Assembly: GCA_050953885.1 (NCBI GenBank)
Contig: JBMNNJ010000001.1
Coordinates: forward strand, 74,132-138,131
DNA length: 64,000 bases
DNA from: Patescibacteria group bacterium
Lineage (GTDB): Bacteria > Patescibacteriota > Microgenomatia > 0-14-0-10-38-17
Reading direction: 5' to 3'
Part shown: positions 35,560 to 45,893 of the stretch, piece after piece
How the letters are laid out: each line of letters begins with the position of its first letter
How positions within the stretch are numbered: position 1 is the stretch's first letter
Program-made: the position numbers and the translations under genes
The notes under the pieces: generated by a model
The model's input: the letters and a program-made list of their open reading frames with translations, nothing else
Databases searched by the model: none
Told to the model about the DNA's origin: nothing

Positions 35560-35930
35560 AAATTATGACACGACTAACAAGCCGTCATTCTGAACTCGAT
35601 TCAGAATCGTTGTTTAATGCCTAAAGAAATGATTCTGATTTTCATCAGGACAACGCTTTCGTTAGAATGACGGCGGGAGGAGTCAGGATGACGACAGCCG
35701 TGCCGTCATTCCGGACTTGATCCGGAATCTGTGTTATTACCAAGGAAAGATTCTGACTTTCGTCAGAATGACAGAGAAGCGCCAGAATGACAGTAAGGGA
35801 ATAATTCTGCCTAATCAACTCCGGGGACTAATCCCGAGGTTTGAAGCTAAAAAAGTCCCGAGGTTTGAAGGCTCGCCAACTCCGGGGGTTAAATAGCTTC
35901 AAACCTCGGGAAAATAAGCAGAAATGATAA
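35560..35930. repeat. large composite repeat cluster (hairpin modules in both orientations plus tandem cccgaggtttgaag hairpins)
   Basis: gccgtcattctgaactcgattcagaatcg, gattccggatcaagtccggaatgacgg, cccgaggtttgaagc x2, gcttcaaacctcggg. Confidence 0.75.
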
Positions 35931-35961
35931 GGGGAAATTTATGTTAAGATAATAAACAGCG

Positions 35962-37524
35962 ATGGCTAAATATAAAGAAAAATTTCTTCGTTGGGCTCCA
36001 TTTGTCTTACTGGTTTTTCTCTCGGCTTTCCTGCGTTTTTATAAGCTTGAGGATTTAACTACTTTTCTTGATGATCAGGGACGAGATGTTTTAAAAGCGG
36101 CCCAAATTATAAAAGAAAAAGATCTACCGTTTATTGGCCCTTTGGCCTCAATGGGGAATGTTTATTTAGGGCCTCTTTATTACTGGGCGATTACTCCCGT
36201 TCTTTGGCTTTTTGGCTTTAATCCGGTTGGGCCGGTGGTTTTGGTGGCTCTTTTGGGAGTGCTAACCAATATTTTGCTTTTTTTCTTTCTTTGGCGTTAT
36301 TTTGACAAAAAAAGCGCTTTTTTGGCTAGTTTTCTTTACGCTCTTTCGCCTTTAATTTTGCAAAACAGCCGTTTTTCCTGGAACCCCAATCCGGTGCCTC
36401 TTTTTACCCTGCTTTGGTTTCTCTTGATGTTAAAATTTTTTGATGAGGAGAAAGGGCGATGGGCCCTTGGGGCGGGGATTTGCTTGGGGATTCTTCTTCA
36501 GCTTCATTATGTTACCGGCTTGCTTTTATTATTCACCGGGGCGGCTTTATTATTTTGGCTGATTAAGAAAAGCCGCCAAGAAAGTTTTTCCCCAAAACTC
36601 TTGAAACCTTTAGGCTGGTTAATCTTAGGAGTTATTATTCCCCTCATTCCCTTTATTCTTTTTGAATTTAAAAATTATTTTCTTAACACCCGGGCGGCGT
36701 GGCAATTCCTTTTTGACGGTCATAAAGAAGAGCTTTTGGCAGAAAGTTTGTTAAGCCGCGTTTTTGCTTTACTTAATCGTTTTTTTCAGGAACTTTTGGG
36801 TCTTTCCCGCCCTTCCCCTCTGCCGCTGGCTTACTTTATTTTAACCGTTCTTTCTCTTTTCTTTGTGGGAGGGAAAAAATTGGGAAAAGAAAAAAAGAAA
36901 ATAATTTTTTCTTCTGCCGCGATTTTAGTTTTAACGCCGTTTTTGCTTTGTGGGGCGGTTGGGGGCGAAATTCATCTTCATTATATTGGCCTTCTTTATC
37001 CTTTTGTTTTTATTATTGTGGCGGCGGGAGATTATTTATGGCGTCGGGCGCGGTTTTGGCCGTTGGTAATTTTAAATAGCGCTCTTTTGCTTTTGGCCTG
37101 TTACCAAATGGGGAGTTGGGATTATCGGCAAATTATTACCGCTGACAGTAATCATCAGATAGAAAAAGCGAAGCTGACCGCCGAGTACATTAGCCAGGAA
37201 GCGGAGGATAAAAATATTTTCGTCGCTTCCCTCACCGGTTCTCCTTTTGCCTACCCGGCTCGCTATTTTCTTTATCTTCAGGATTTTACCGTCGATTCTT
37301 TACAGCCCTCATCTGTTTTTGCTGTTTGCTATGATCAACCTTGCCAACCGGAGAAAAGCATTCTTTGGGAATTAGCCCAATTTGGGATTTTAAAAACGGT
37401 AAGCGAGAAAGCGCTTCCTTATGGGGTGTGGGTGTATGAATTAAAAACTCAAATGTCAAGCTTAGAACTCAAATCTCAAAACGCAAATGTCAAATCTACA
37501 TGGCAAATGTTAAAACTTTTTTAA
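35962..37524 (+). CDS. polytopic membrane glycosyltransferase-like protein (GT-C; paralog of 62095-63459); last ~25 codons come from an AT-rich repeat element
   Basis: N-terminal motif FLDDQGRDV ... IGPLASMGNVYLGPLYYW; 520 aa. Confidence 0.55.
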   Translation: MAKYKEKFLRWAPFVLLVFLSAFLRFYKLEDLTTFLDDQGRDVLKAAQIIKEKDLPFIGPLASMGNVYLGPLYYWAITPVLWLFGFNPVGPVVLVALLGVLTNILLFFFLWRYFDKKSAFLASFLYALSPLILQNSRFSWNPNPVPLFTLLWFLLMLKFFDEEKGRWALGAGICLGILLQLHYVTGLLLLFTGAALLFWLIKKSRQESFSPKLLKPLGWLILGVIIPLIPFILFEFKNYFLNTRAAWQFLFDGHKEELLAESLLSRVFALLNRFFQELLGLSRPSPLPLAYFILTVLSLFFVGGKKLGKEKKKIIFSSAAILVLTPFLLCGAVGGEIHLHYIGLLYPFVFIIVAAGDYLWRRARFWPLVILNSALLLLACYQMGSWDYRQIITADSNHQIEKAKLTAEYISQEAEDKNIFVASLTGSPFAYPARYFLYLQDFTVDSLQPSSVFAVCYDQPCQPEKSILWELAQFGILKTVSEKALPYGVWVYELKTQMSSLELKSQNANVKSTWQMLKLF

Positions 37525-37760
37525 AGCTTAAAGTTGTTTTTTTAGATTTAAGTTTTGAATTGTTGTTTTGATCTGCCAGCTGGCGGATTGAGTTGTAGTT
37601 TTAAGTTTTGCGATTTAACATTTGAGTTTATTTTTTGTTTTTGAACTTTAATTTAGGTTCTAATCTTTTCCGCCAGCTGGCGGGTTGATATTTGATTTTT
37701 GTATTTTTTTAATACTGATTTTCATCAGGACAACAGTTGCGTTTTGTCCGTAGTCCAACC
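37441..37760. repeat. AT-rich element (reverse-complement copy of 50645-50710) plus ccgccagctggcgg palindromes
   Basis: gatctgccagctggcggattgag and ttccgccagctggcgggttg. Confidence 0.7.
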
Positions 37761-37863
37761 CGAGGCGCCACAGTTACCGGCGAGGCAGGAATCCCGTTGT
37801 GCTAAGACATTGAAACAATAAAGCAATCTAATAAGGTAATTTTATGTTATTATCATTTTTAAG

Positions 37864-38631
37864 ATGAATAAGAAAGAGGCGGCGATTTTTCTTTCGGTGG
37901 TGATTCCTTGCTATAACGAGGAGGCAAATTTAAAAAGAGGGGTTTTGGGGGAAGTTAACGACTATCTTCAAAAACAAAAATATTCTTGGGAGGTAATCAT
38001 CTCCGATGATGGCTCAACTGATAAAAGCAAGGATTTAGCCGAAAAATTTGCGAAAAGTAATCAGGGCTTTAGGCTTTTGAAAAATCAGCATGGCGGCAAG
38101 CCCTACGCTGTTTGGCAGGGAATTAAGAAGGCGCGGGGACAAATTGTTTTGTTTACCGACATGGATCAGTCCACCCCCATTAGGGAAATAGAAAAGCTTT
38201 TGCCTTATTTTAAGAAAAACTACGACGTAGTGATCGGTTCAAGAGGCTGGAAACGAACCGGCGCCCCTTTCTATCGGCAAATAGCGGCTTTTATTTTCTT
38301 GCAAGTGCGCCGTCTCCTGCTTTTACCGGAAATTATCGACACCCAATGCGGTTTTAAGGCTTTTAAAACTAAAGTGGCTCAAGAGCTTTTTTCCAAACTT
38401 TCGGTTTTGAAAAATTGGCAGGAAGCTTCCGGCTGGCGGGTAACCGCTTTTGATGTAGAGCTTTTGTTTTTGGCCAAGAAAAAGGGCTACCGGATTAAAG
38501 AAGTGCCGGTTTTGTGGCGCGATGAGGATGTGGCTTTGGGAAAAAATAAAAGTTTTGTCAAAGAATCGCGACAAATGCTGGAGCAGATTATAAACGTGCG
38601 TCGTCAGGAACGGCGGGGGGAATACGAATAG
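37864..38631 (+). CDS. GT2 glycosyltransferase, polyprenol-phosphate sugar synthase-like (DPM1/ArnC-like)
   Basis: LSVVIPCYNEE ... ISDDGSTD ... FTDMDQS. Confidence 0.85.
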   Translation: MNKKEAAIFLSVVIPCYNEEANLKRGVLGEVNDYLQKQKYSWEVIISDDGSTDKSKDLAEKFAKSNQGFRLLKNQHGGKPYAVWQGIKKARGQIVLFTDMDQSTPIREIEKLLPYFKKNYDVVIGSRGWKRTGAPFYRQIAAFIFLQVRRLLLLPEIIDTQCGFKAFKTKVAQELFSKLSVLKNWQEASGWRVTAFDVELLFLAKKKGYRIKEVPVLWRDEDVALGKNKSFVKESRQMLEQIINVRRQERRGEYE

Positions 38632-38668
38632 GTTTCCTTTTGTCGCAATAGGTTATAATAGGGAAAGA

Positions 38669-40180
38669 ATGAAAAAAAACTCCCCGTTTCTGGTTTTAAA
38701 AAAGGCCTTTAAGCCTTACCAAAAACTAATTTTTCTGGTTCTTCTTTTGCTTTTTCTTCTCACCCGTTTTTCAAACCTTAAGGCATTGCCAATCTTTTGC
38801 GATGAGGCAATTTATATTCGCTGGGCGCAAATTGCCGATGAAAATCATGATCATCTTTTTATTTCCCTCACTGACGGCAAACCCCCCTTACATATTTGGG
38901 CAATGATTCCTTTCTTAAGAATTTTTAGCGATCCGTTGGTGGCGGGACGGATTACCTCCGGTTTAGCCGGCCTGTTGCTTTTCTTGATTTTTTCTCTAAC
39001 CGCTTTTTTCTTTTTTAAAAAACCCATTTTCCCTCTTTTGGCGGGATTGTTAATTGTTTTTACTCCTTATTTGCTTTTTTTTGACCGGATGGCTTTGGCG
39101 GAATCAATTTTAACCTGTTTTGCCGCCGGCTCTTTTTTACTGGCTTTTCTTTTAGGCCGCTACCCACGCTTCTTTTTGGCCGTTCTTTCCGGTGGTTGGT
39201 TAGGGCTGGCGCTTTTGGTTAAATCCCAAGCCTTTTTTTTCCTGCTACTCTTTCCTTTAGGAATAATTTTTACTTTAAAAGAAAAAGACAGAAAGAAACT
39301 TAAGAAATTTTTACTGCTTCTTTTGCCGGTTTTTGTCCTTTCTTTAGGAATTTACAATCTTCAGCGTGTTTCTCCTTATATGAGCTTAATTGCCCAAAAA
39401 AGCCAAACTTTTACCGTTCCCTTAAAAGAAGCCTTAGCCGACTTTAACCGTTTGTTTTCTAATTTAAAAACAGCTTTAAGCTGGTTTTGGCAGTATTTAA
39501 CGCCGCCGTTGTTTTTAACCTCTCTCCTGGGTTTAGGCTGGCTTTTGAAGAAAAATTGGCGTCAAGGGGTTTTTCTGACCGCCTGGATTTTAGCACCTCT
39601 TTTGGGAGCCTCCTTAATTGCCCAAGTTTTTACCTCTCGGTATTTGGCTTTTTTGAGTCCATTTTTTCTTTTGGGGACGGTTTATTTTTTTGGCCAGCTC
39701 TGGCAAAAAATTCCCCAAAAGCATTTTATCCTTTTAATAATTCTTATTTTGGCCTTGCCCGTTTGGCGTTCTTACCAGCTTATTTTTACTCCCCAGAATT
39801 TTCCTTTCTTGAAAAGTGATCGAGGGTATCTTGAGGACTGGACTGCTGGCTTTGGGATTGAGGAAACGGTGGAGCAAATTAAAGAAGCGCGTCAGGAGGG
39901 ATTACCGGTATTAGTCGGTACCGAAGGCTTTTTTGGCCTTCTTTCCCAGGGATTAGAAATTTATTTTGCCGACGATCCCAAAGTAGAAATTGTTGGTTTT
40001 TATCCTCTTCCTGAAAAATTGCCTCCTGCCGATTGGTTAGAAAAGACAAAAGAAAAAAAAGTTTTTTTTGTGGTTAATAACACTCCGGGGGATTTTAGCA
40101 ATGACCACTTTATTTTAAGAAGCGAATATTCTAAAATTAACAATACTGGTTCCCTGCGACTATATGAAGTGGTGGAATAA
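38669..40180 (+). CDS. ArnT/PMT-like GT-C membrane glycosyltransferase
   Basis: CDEAIYIRWAQ ... DGKPPLHIW N-terminal loop; 11-13 TM helices. Confidence 0.6.
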   Translation: MKKNSPFLVLKKAFKPYQKLIFLVLLLLFLLTRFSNLKALPIFCDEAIYIRWAQIADENHDHLFISLTDGKPPLHIWAMIPFLRIFSDPLVAGRITSGLAGLLLFLIFSLTAFFFFKKPIFPLLAGLLIVFTPYLLFFDRMALAESILTCFAAGSFLLAFLLGRYPRFFLAVLSGGWLGLALLVKSQAFFFLLLFPLGIIFTLKEKDRKKLKKFLLLLLPVFVLSLGIYNLQRVSPYMSLIAQKSQTFTVPLKEALADFNRLFSNLKTALSWFWQYLTPPLFLTSLLGLGWLLKKNWRQGVFLTAWILAPLLGASLIAQVFTSRYLAFLSPFFLLGTVYFFGQLWQKIPQKHFILLIILILALPVWRSYQLIFTPQNFPFLKSDRGYLEDWTAGFGIEETVEQIKEARQEGLPVLVGTEGFFGLLSQGLEIYFADDPKVEIVGFYPLPEKLPPADWLEKTKEKKVFFVVNNTPGDFSNDHFILRSEYSKINNTGSLRLYEVVE

Positions 40181-41849
40181 AATTTTAAAACACCAGAATC
40201 TTATTTTGGCCCTCTTATTTTTGGCGGCCAATATTCTTCTTTTGCTGCCTGTTTTGGGCAAGAACCAATTTTTTCCTTCTCATGATGACACCTGGATTAT
40301 CCGCCTCCAGCAGTTTGACCGAGCGATTAAATTGGGGCAGATCCCGCCGCGATTGGCTCCTGATATGGCCTTTGGGTTTGGCTATCCGATTTTTGTTTAT
40401 TACGCACCTCTTTTTACTTTCCTTTCCTGGATTTTTTTGAAAATTGTTGGTTCTTATTCTTTGGCGGTGGTTTTAACAATTATTTTCGTTAATTTCTTGG
40501 GGACTTGGGGGATGTTTCTTTTAGCCAAAAAATTTTTTGGCACAAAGGGAGGGGTTATTGCCGCTTTGGCCTTTATCTTTCTTCCTTATCGGGCTTTGGA
40601 TATTTATGTGCGGGGAGCCTTGGCCGAACTGGCCGCTCTTTCTTTCTTGCCGTTTTTTTTCTATTTTTTCTTCGGCCTTTTTGAGGGAAAAGAAAGAAAG
40701 AAAAATGCTTTAGGGCTTATTTTAGCCACCGTTGGCCTTCTTCTTTCTCATAACCTAATGATAATTATTTTCGCCTATCTTTTTTTGCCGTTTTTAATTT
40801 TGGCCTTTTGGCAGTTATTCCACCATCGTCTTCCCTGGCGCTGGCCAATTTTGGTTGTCTTTCTTGTTCTATTTTTAAGCGCCTTTTATTGGTTACCCAT
40901 GATAACCGGTCTGGATAATGTTCAGGCCGTTAGTCAGGCGCAAAAAACTTTTTTTGCCGACCATTTTGTTTATCTTCGTCAGCTTTGGGATTGGCCTTGG
41001 GGCTTCGGCGGTTCTGATGCTGGCTTAAGCGATGGGATGTCTTTTAAAATTGGTAAGGCTCATTTACTTTTGGCCTTGGGGGGATTGGTGGCTTTATTTT
41101 TGGCTAAAAAATGGCAAAAAGAATTTGCCTGCTTGCTTATCTTGGGTCTTTTCTCTTTGTTTTTTAGTCTTTCTTATTCATCCTTTTTTTGGGAAAACCT
41201 GCCTTATCTGGCGGTAGTTCAATTTCCGTGGCGTTTCTTAGGGCCCCTAAGTTTGGCAGTCTCTTTTTTTAGTGGAGCGATTGTTTTTTTTCCACAGCTA
41301 AGATTTTTTTCAAGCTGGCCAAGAACGGTTAAGACCGCCGGGATGGCGGCGATTGTTTTGGCAAGCGCCTTAGGATTGGTTTATTTTAACTTAAAATACT
41401 TTACCCCCCGTTTTAAGATTTACCAAGCCGACGAAGCTTATTTAACAGCGGAGAAAATTAGTCAGGCGGCAAAGGTGATTCCGGAATATTTACCTTTCTG
41501 GGCCAGCGTTTGGCCGGAGGAAAAACCGGCACAGGCGGTTGAGACAGAAGAGGGGAAGACGGAAATTTCTCTTGATTCTCCTTATAAAATCACTTTTCGG
41601 GTTGAGGGAAAAAAAGAAGAGGAGATTATTGTCAATCGTTTTTATTTCCCCGGTTGGCAAGCCAAAAGTGCTTCGGAGGAGAAAATAATTCTTGAACCAG
41701 AAAAAGAGAAGGGAAGAATTGTTTTAACTTCCAAAGTTGGCGAAAACGAAGAAATTACTCTTTTTTTTGCCCCCACTTTGGTGGAAAAAATAGGGATTGC
41801 TTTTTCGATTTTGGGATTAATACTTTTATTAGTGGTGGTTTTTTATTAA
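40164..41849 (+). CDS. large polytopic membrane protein, GT-C-like (YfhO-like?), family shared with 50729 C-terminal half and 60372
   Basis: FPSHDDTWIIRL ... IPPRLAP ... GFGYPIFVYYAPLF and C-terminal FYFPGWQA. Confidence 0.5.
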   Translation: MKWWNKILKHQNLILALLFLAANILLLLPVLGKNQFFPSHDDTWIIRLQQFDRAIKLGQIPPRLAPDMAFGFGYPIFVYYAPLFTFLSWIFLKIVGSYSLAVVLTIIFVNFLGTWGMFLLAKKFFGTKGGVIAALAFIFLPYRALDIYVRGALAELAALSFLPFFFYFFFGLFEGKERKKNALGLILATVGLLLSHNLMIIIFAYLFLPFLILAFWQLFHHRLPWRWPILVVFLVLFLSAFYWLPMITGLDNVQAVSQAQKTFFADHFVYLRQLWDWPWGFGGSDAGLSDGMSFKIGKAHLLLALGGLVALFLAKKWQKEFACLLILGLFSLFFSLSYSSFFWENLPYLAVVQFPWRFLGPLSLAVSFFSGAIVFFPQLRFFSSWPRTVKTAGMAAIVLASALGLVYFNLKYFTPRFKIYQADEAYLTAEKISQAAKVIPEYLPFWASVWPEEKPAQAVETEEGKTEISLDSPYKITFRVEGKKEEEIIVNRFYFPGWQAKSASEEKIILEPEKEKGRIVLTSKVGENEEITLFFAPTLVEKIGIAFSILGLILLLVVVFY

Positions 41850-42024
41850 AAATTACATTGTTAGAAGACGCGAATTAACACGAATGTAAGGCGGCCCCAT
41901 GTGTGTTCGCCTGTCAAAGGGCTTGTGTTTTGCATGTTTAAAACCATTAATCGGGTCGACACATGGGTCGACCCCTACCAATTCCCGTCACAGGCGGGAT
42001 CCCTACCTCGTTTAATTAACGTAA

Positions 42025-43482
42025 ATGAATAAAAATAGACGGCTTTTCTTTCTTGCTTTTTTGGGGGTGGCGGCTATTTTTCTGCTAATTTACCACGGTG
42101 CCTTAGATAACTATTTTTTTCAGGATGATTTTTATTTCTTGCGTCTTTCCCGCGCGGAAAGTTTTCTTGACTTTCTTAAATTTTTTAGCCCCTGGCACCA
42201 GCAGGGCTTTCCTGCTTATCGGCCCTTAGGCACTCAAGTTTATTTTTTCTTTGGCCAGCTTTTTCCCGCTTTTGCCTCGCCGTATATTATGCGCGGGATT
42301 TTATTTCTATTTCATTTTTTTAACTTTTTTCTTATTTTTAAAATTTTAAAAAAACTTCTTAAGAAAGATTGGTTGGCTTTAATTTTAGCCGCCCTTTATT
42401 TAAACGCGCCGCTTCATTTTTTAAGCCTTTATTATCTGGCTGCTTTCCAGCAGGTTTTGGCGGCCTTTTTCCAGCTTTTAGGCTTTTATCTTTATCTTAA
42501 AAACAAGAAAAAAGCAGTTTATTTTTGTTATTTAGGAGCGCTTTTGGCAAAAGAAACCGCCATTTTTTTTCCCGCTCTTTTGCTTATTTTTAAGACGCTT
42601 GTCTATTTTGACAAAAATAAGAGTTTTAAAAATATTAAAAGCGAGATTGGGGGGGAAAAACGCTATTGGCTTGGTTTCGTTTTTTTAGCTTTTGCCTACG
42701 CTTTGTTGCGATTATTGTCTTTTTCCCAGCCTCCGGGTGAGGAATACCGACTTTCTTTAACGCCAAAAACCTTCTTTTCTTCTCTGCGTTGGTATTTAAT
42801 TTGGCTCTTGGGAGCGCCGGAGACAATCATTAATTATGCTCAAGGAGGGATTAATTTTTCGGTAGCTAAATTTACTAATGATGCGGGGATTTCGGCCTAT
42901 TTTTTTGGCGGGCTCTTTTTAGCAGAGTTTATCGTTCTTTGTTTAATTTTAATAAATTTAGGCCGCAAAAAGAAAGGCCGCCGGCAGGTAGCTCTTTTTT
43001 TGCTTTTAGGGCTGGCGGCGATGATAATTTCTTTGGCTTCGGTAATTTTTATGCCCTATCACCGCTTTGCCCACTACCTTGATCTTGCTCTATTTTTATT
43101 TTTAGTTATTTTTGGGCTTCTTGTCAAGAGGGAAAAAGGACTAACGCTAACTTTAGCTTTTGTTTTTACTTTTTTGTTCTTAGCGAACGCTTTCTTTTGT
43201 GTTAGAATTGACGAGAAACTTCATTGGGCGCCGGCCCGCCCGAGAATAGCGGCAAAATACCAAGAATTTTTTAAGGATGAAGGGGTTTGCGATAAGAGGC
43301 AGGGAATTTATTTTATTGATGCCAAGTCTAATTCAGCAAAAGAAGTCGCCATCGCTCTCTCGTTTGCTGATGGCCCCCGCTATTTTTGTCAGAATTACGA
43401 TTTACCGGTTTTTTATCAGGGGTTAGTCGAACCAAACGAGAAAGAAAAGCAACAACTTTTAATAATTAGCAGCGGCAACTAA
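42025..43482 (+). CDS. polytopic membrane protein, probable GT-C glycosyltransferase
   Basis: FQDDFYFL and YRPLG motifs in the first loops. Confidence 0.4.
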   Translation: MNKNRRLFFLAFLGVAAIFLLIYHGALDNYFFQDDFYFLRLSRAESFLDFLKFFSPWHQQGFPAYRPLGTQVYFFFGQLFPAFASPYIMRGILFLFHFFNFFLIFKILKKLLKKDWLALILAALYLNAPLHFLSLYYLAAFQQVLAAFFQLLGFYLYLKNKKKAVYFCYLGALLAKETAIFFPALLLIFKTLVYFDKNKSFKNIKSEIGGEKRYWLGFVFLAFAYALLRLLSFSQPPGEEYRLSLTPKTFFSSLRWYLIWLLGAPETIINYAQGGINFSVAKFTNDAGISAYFFGGLFLAEFIVLCLILINLGRKKKGRRQVALFLLLGLAAMIISLASVIFMPYHRFAHYLDLALFLFLVIFGLLVKREKGLTLTLAFVFTFLFLANAFFCVRIDEKLHWAPARPRIAAKYQEFFKDEGVCDKRQGIYFIDAKSNSAKEVAIALSFADGPRYFCQNYDLPVFYQGLVEPNEKEKQQLLIISSGN

Positions 43483-43495
43483 TAAGACAATTTCT

Positions 43496-44995
43496 ATGGT
43501 TAAAAAAGAAAACGCTGATCAGGTTAAAGGGAGAGCGGTGAGGGGAACGCTTACCCTCACGGCGCGGCGGATTATTCTTAAGGGGATTGACCTTTTGGGG
43601 ATGATTTTTTTGGCCCGGCTTTTAACGCAGGAAGAGTTTGGTATTTTCGGGATTATTAACTTTATTGTTTTTACTCTTTTTGGCTTTTTGTCGGATATTG
43701 GCTTGGGCGCTTCTTTGATTCAAAAAAAGGAAAAGATTAAAAAAGACGATTTGGCAACCGTTTTCACCACTCAGTTGGTTTTAGTTTTAGTTTTAAATCT
43801 TTTGGTTTGGTTGCTTTCTCCTTATTTAGTAAAGGTTTATAATCTTTCCCCGGCCCATATTTGGCTTTTGCGAACGACGGCTTTCTGCCTAATTTTAACT
43901 TCTTTCAAAACAATTCCCTCGGTTTTACTGGAAAGGGAGCTTTTGTATGAGAAACTTTTAATTCCCGAAATAGCGGAAACTATTTCTTATAATATTTTGG
44001 CGGTTTTTTTGGCCTTTCGCGGCTTTGGGGTTTGGAGTTTAACCATTTCTCTTTTGGTGCGGACTTTTTTAGGGGCCCTTATTTTATTCTTTATTTCTCC
44101 TTGGCCAATTCGCCTAAAAATCAAGCGCGCTTCGCTTAAAAATCTTCTTTCTTTTGGGGTGCCTTATCAGCTTAATTCCTTTCTGTCGCTTTTAAAGGAT
44201 AATCTTACCCCCACCGTGATTGCCTTCTTTTATGGGCCGGCGGCGGTGGGATATGTTAATTTGGCGCAAAGTATTGCTTTTAAGCCGATGGAAATTACCA
44301 ACATTGTTAATCGCTTGGTTTTTCCCATTTTTTCCAAAATTCAAGATGATCGTGATCGGGTGGGCAGATGGTTGGAAAAAGGAGTACGGCTAATGGCCTA
44401 TTTATATTTCCCTCTTGTTTTGGGGCTTTTGGTTACCGCTCGACCAATTTTGACCTATATTTATGCCGACCGTTCCGATAAATGGCTGCCGGCATTATCT
44501 GCCCTTTATCCTTTTCTTTTAGGATCGTTGCCGGTGGTTTTTACCACCACCGCCACTAATGTAATTTACGCCTTAGGCCAAGCCAAAACTGTTTTAAGAG
44601 TAATGGTAATTTATACTTTAATTACGTGGGGAGTGGGCATTCCTTTAATTTTAAAAATTGGTTTTTCGGGTATTGCCTGGGCGAATGTGGTGGTGGGAAT
44701 TGTTAGCGTTATTTTAATCAATCATGAACTTAAAAAGGCAAAAATAAATTTTTCTCTTACGAAGGCTGTTGCTATCCCTTTTTTTTCTTCTCTTCTGATG
44801 GCTCTTTTTCTTTTACCAGCCGTCGCTTGGGTTAAAGGCATTCCCAGTCTTATAGGGATTGTTTTTCTTGGGGCATTTCTTTATTTTCTTTTTCTTTTCC
44901 TTTTTCTTCGGGGTAAAATAAAGGAAGAAGTTGCTTTAGTAAAAAGCCTTTTACCAAAATATGAAAGAAGTAAAGCCACAAAAGAGGAAAGATAA
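43496..44995 (+). CDS. Wzx-like oligosaccharide flippase (MOP superfamily polysaccharide biosynthesis protein)
   Basis: About 12 TM helices with a characteristic N-terminal region (ARLLTQEEFGIF). Confidence 0.75.
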   Translation: MVKKENADQVKGRAVRGTLTLTARRIILKGIDLLGMIFLARLLTQEEFGIFGIINFIVFTLFGFLSDIGLGASLIQKKEKIKKDDLATVFTTQLVLVLVLNLLVWLLSPYLVKVYNLSPAHIWLLRTTAFCLILTSFKTIPSVLLERELLYEKLLIPEIAETISYNILAVFLAFRGFGVWSLTISLLVRTFLGALILFFISPWPIRLKIKRASLKNLLSFGVPYQLNSFLSLLKDNLTPTVIAFFYGPAAVGYVNLAQSIAFKPMEITNIVNRLVFPIFSKIQDDRDRVGRWLEKGVRLMAYLYFPLVLGLLVTARPILTYIYADRSDKWLPALSALYPFLLGSLPVVFTTTATNVIYALGQAKTVLRVMVIYTLITWGVGIPLILKIGFSGIAWANVVVGIVSVILINHELKKAKINFSLTKAVAIPFFSSLLMALFLLPAVAWVKGIPSLIGIVFLGAFLYFLFLFLFLRGKIKEEVALVKSLLPKYERSKATKEER

Positions 44996-45893
44996 AAAAA
45001 TTTCCGTAGTAATTATTTCTCGAAATGAGGAGCCAAGAATAAGGCAGTGTCTTTTGGGCGCCAAAAAAGTGGGCGATGAGGTTATTTTGGTGCTTGGCTC
45101 CCGTGAGAAAGGCAATGTTTTGGAAGAAGCCCGAAAAGTGGGGGCGAAAATTTTTTGCCGCCCTTTTGATAATTATTCAAATCAAAAAAACTTTGCTATT
45201 AGCAAGGCGCAAGGTGATTGGATTTTTTCCTTAGACGCCGATGAGGAAATAAGCTCCTCGTTGGCAAAAGAACTTAAAGAAGCCACGGCGGATCTTTCTT
45301 ACAACGGCTATCTTGTGCCGCGGCAAAATATTATTTTTGGGAAAAAAATTCGCGGCGGCGGCTGGTGGCCGGATGAACAACTACGTTTCTTTGCTAAGGG
45401 TTTTGGCCAATTCTCTGGTTTAATCCATGAAAGGGTAGATGTTCAAGGAGGGGTAGGGAAGCTAAAATCGCCCCTCATTCACTACAACTATGATTCTTTA
45501 GAGGGCTTTATTGACCGGCTTAATCGTTACACTAGCTTTGAAGCAGAAAAGCTGGTCAAAGAAGGCTATTCTTTTTCCCAAAAGGATTGTTTAACACGAC
45601 CGATAGAGGAATTTTTAGGCCGTTTTTTTGCCCAAAAAGGCTGGCTTGACGGTTTCCATGGTTTGGCGCTTGCCCTGCTTCAGGCTTTTTATACGCTGGT
45701 AATTTATCTTAAAGTTTGGCAAAAAGAAGGTTTTGCGTCCATGAAGCCACTTTCTGACAAAAAAATCCAAAAAATTAGTCGTGAGAAGAAAAAGGAATTT
45801 TGTTATTGGCGTGATACTTATTTAATTGAAAAAGAAGAAAACTCTTTTAAACGCTTTTTTTTAAGATTAAGAAGAAAAATTTTTTATGGCTAA
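44961..45893 (+). CDS. GT2 glycosyltransferase (GGWWPD subfamily)
   Basis: ISVVIISRNEE ... LDADEE ... GGGWWPDEQLRFF. Confidence 0.8.
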   Translation: MKEVKPQKRKDKKISVVIISRNEEPRIRQCLLGAKKVGDEVILVLGSREKGNVLEEARKVGAKIFCRPFDNYSNQKNFAISKAQGDWIFSLDADEEISSSLAKELKEATADLSYNGYLVPRQNIIFGKKIRGGGWWPDEQLRFFAKGFGQFSGLIHERVDVQGGVGKLKSPLIHYNYDSLEGFIDRLNRYTSFEAEKLVKEGYSFSQKDCLTRPIEEFLGRFFAQKGWLDGFHGLALALLQAFYTLVIYLKVWQKEGFASMKPLSDKKIQKISREKKKEFCYWRDTYLIEKEENSFKRFFLRLRRKIFYG

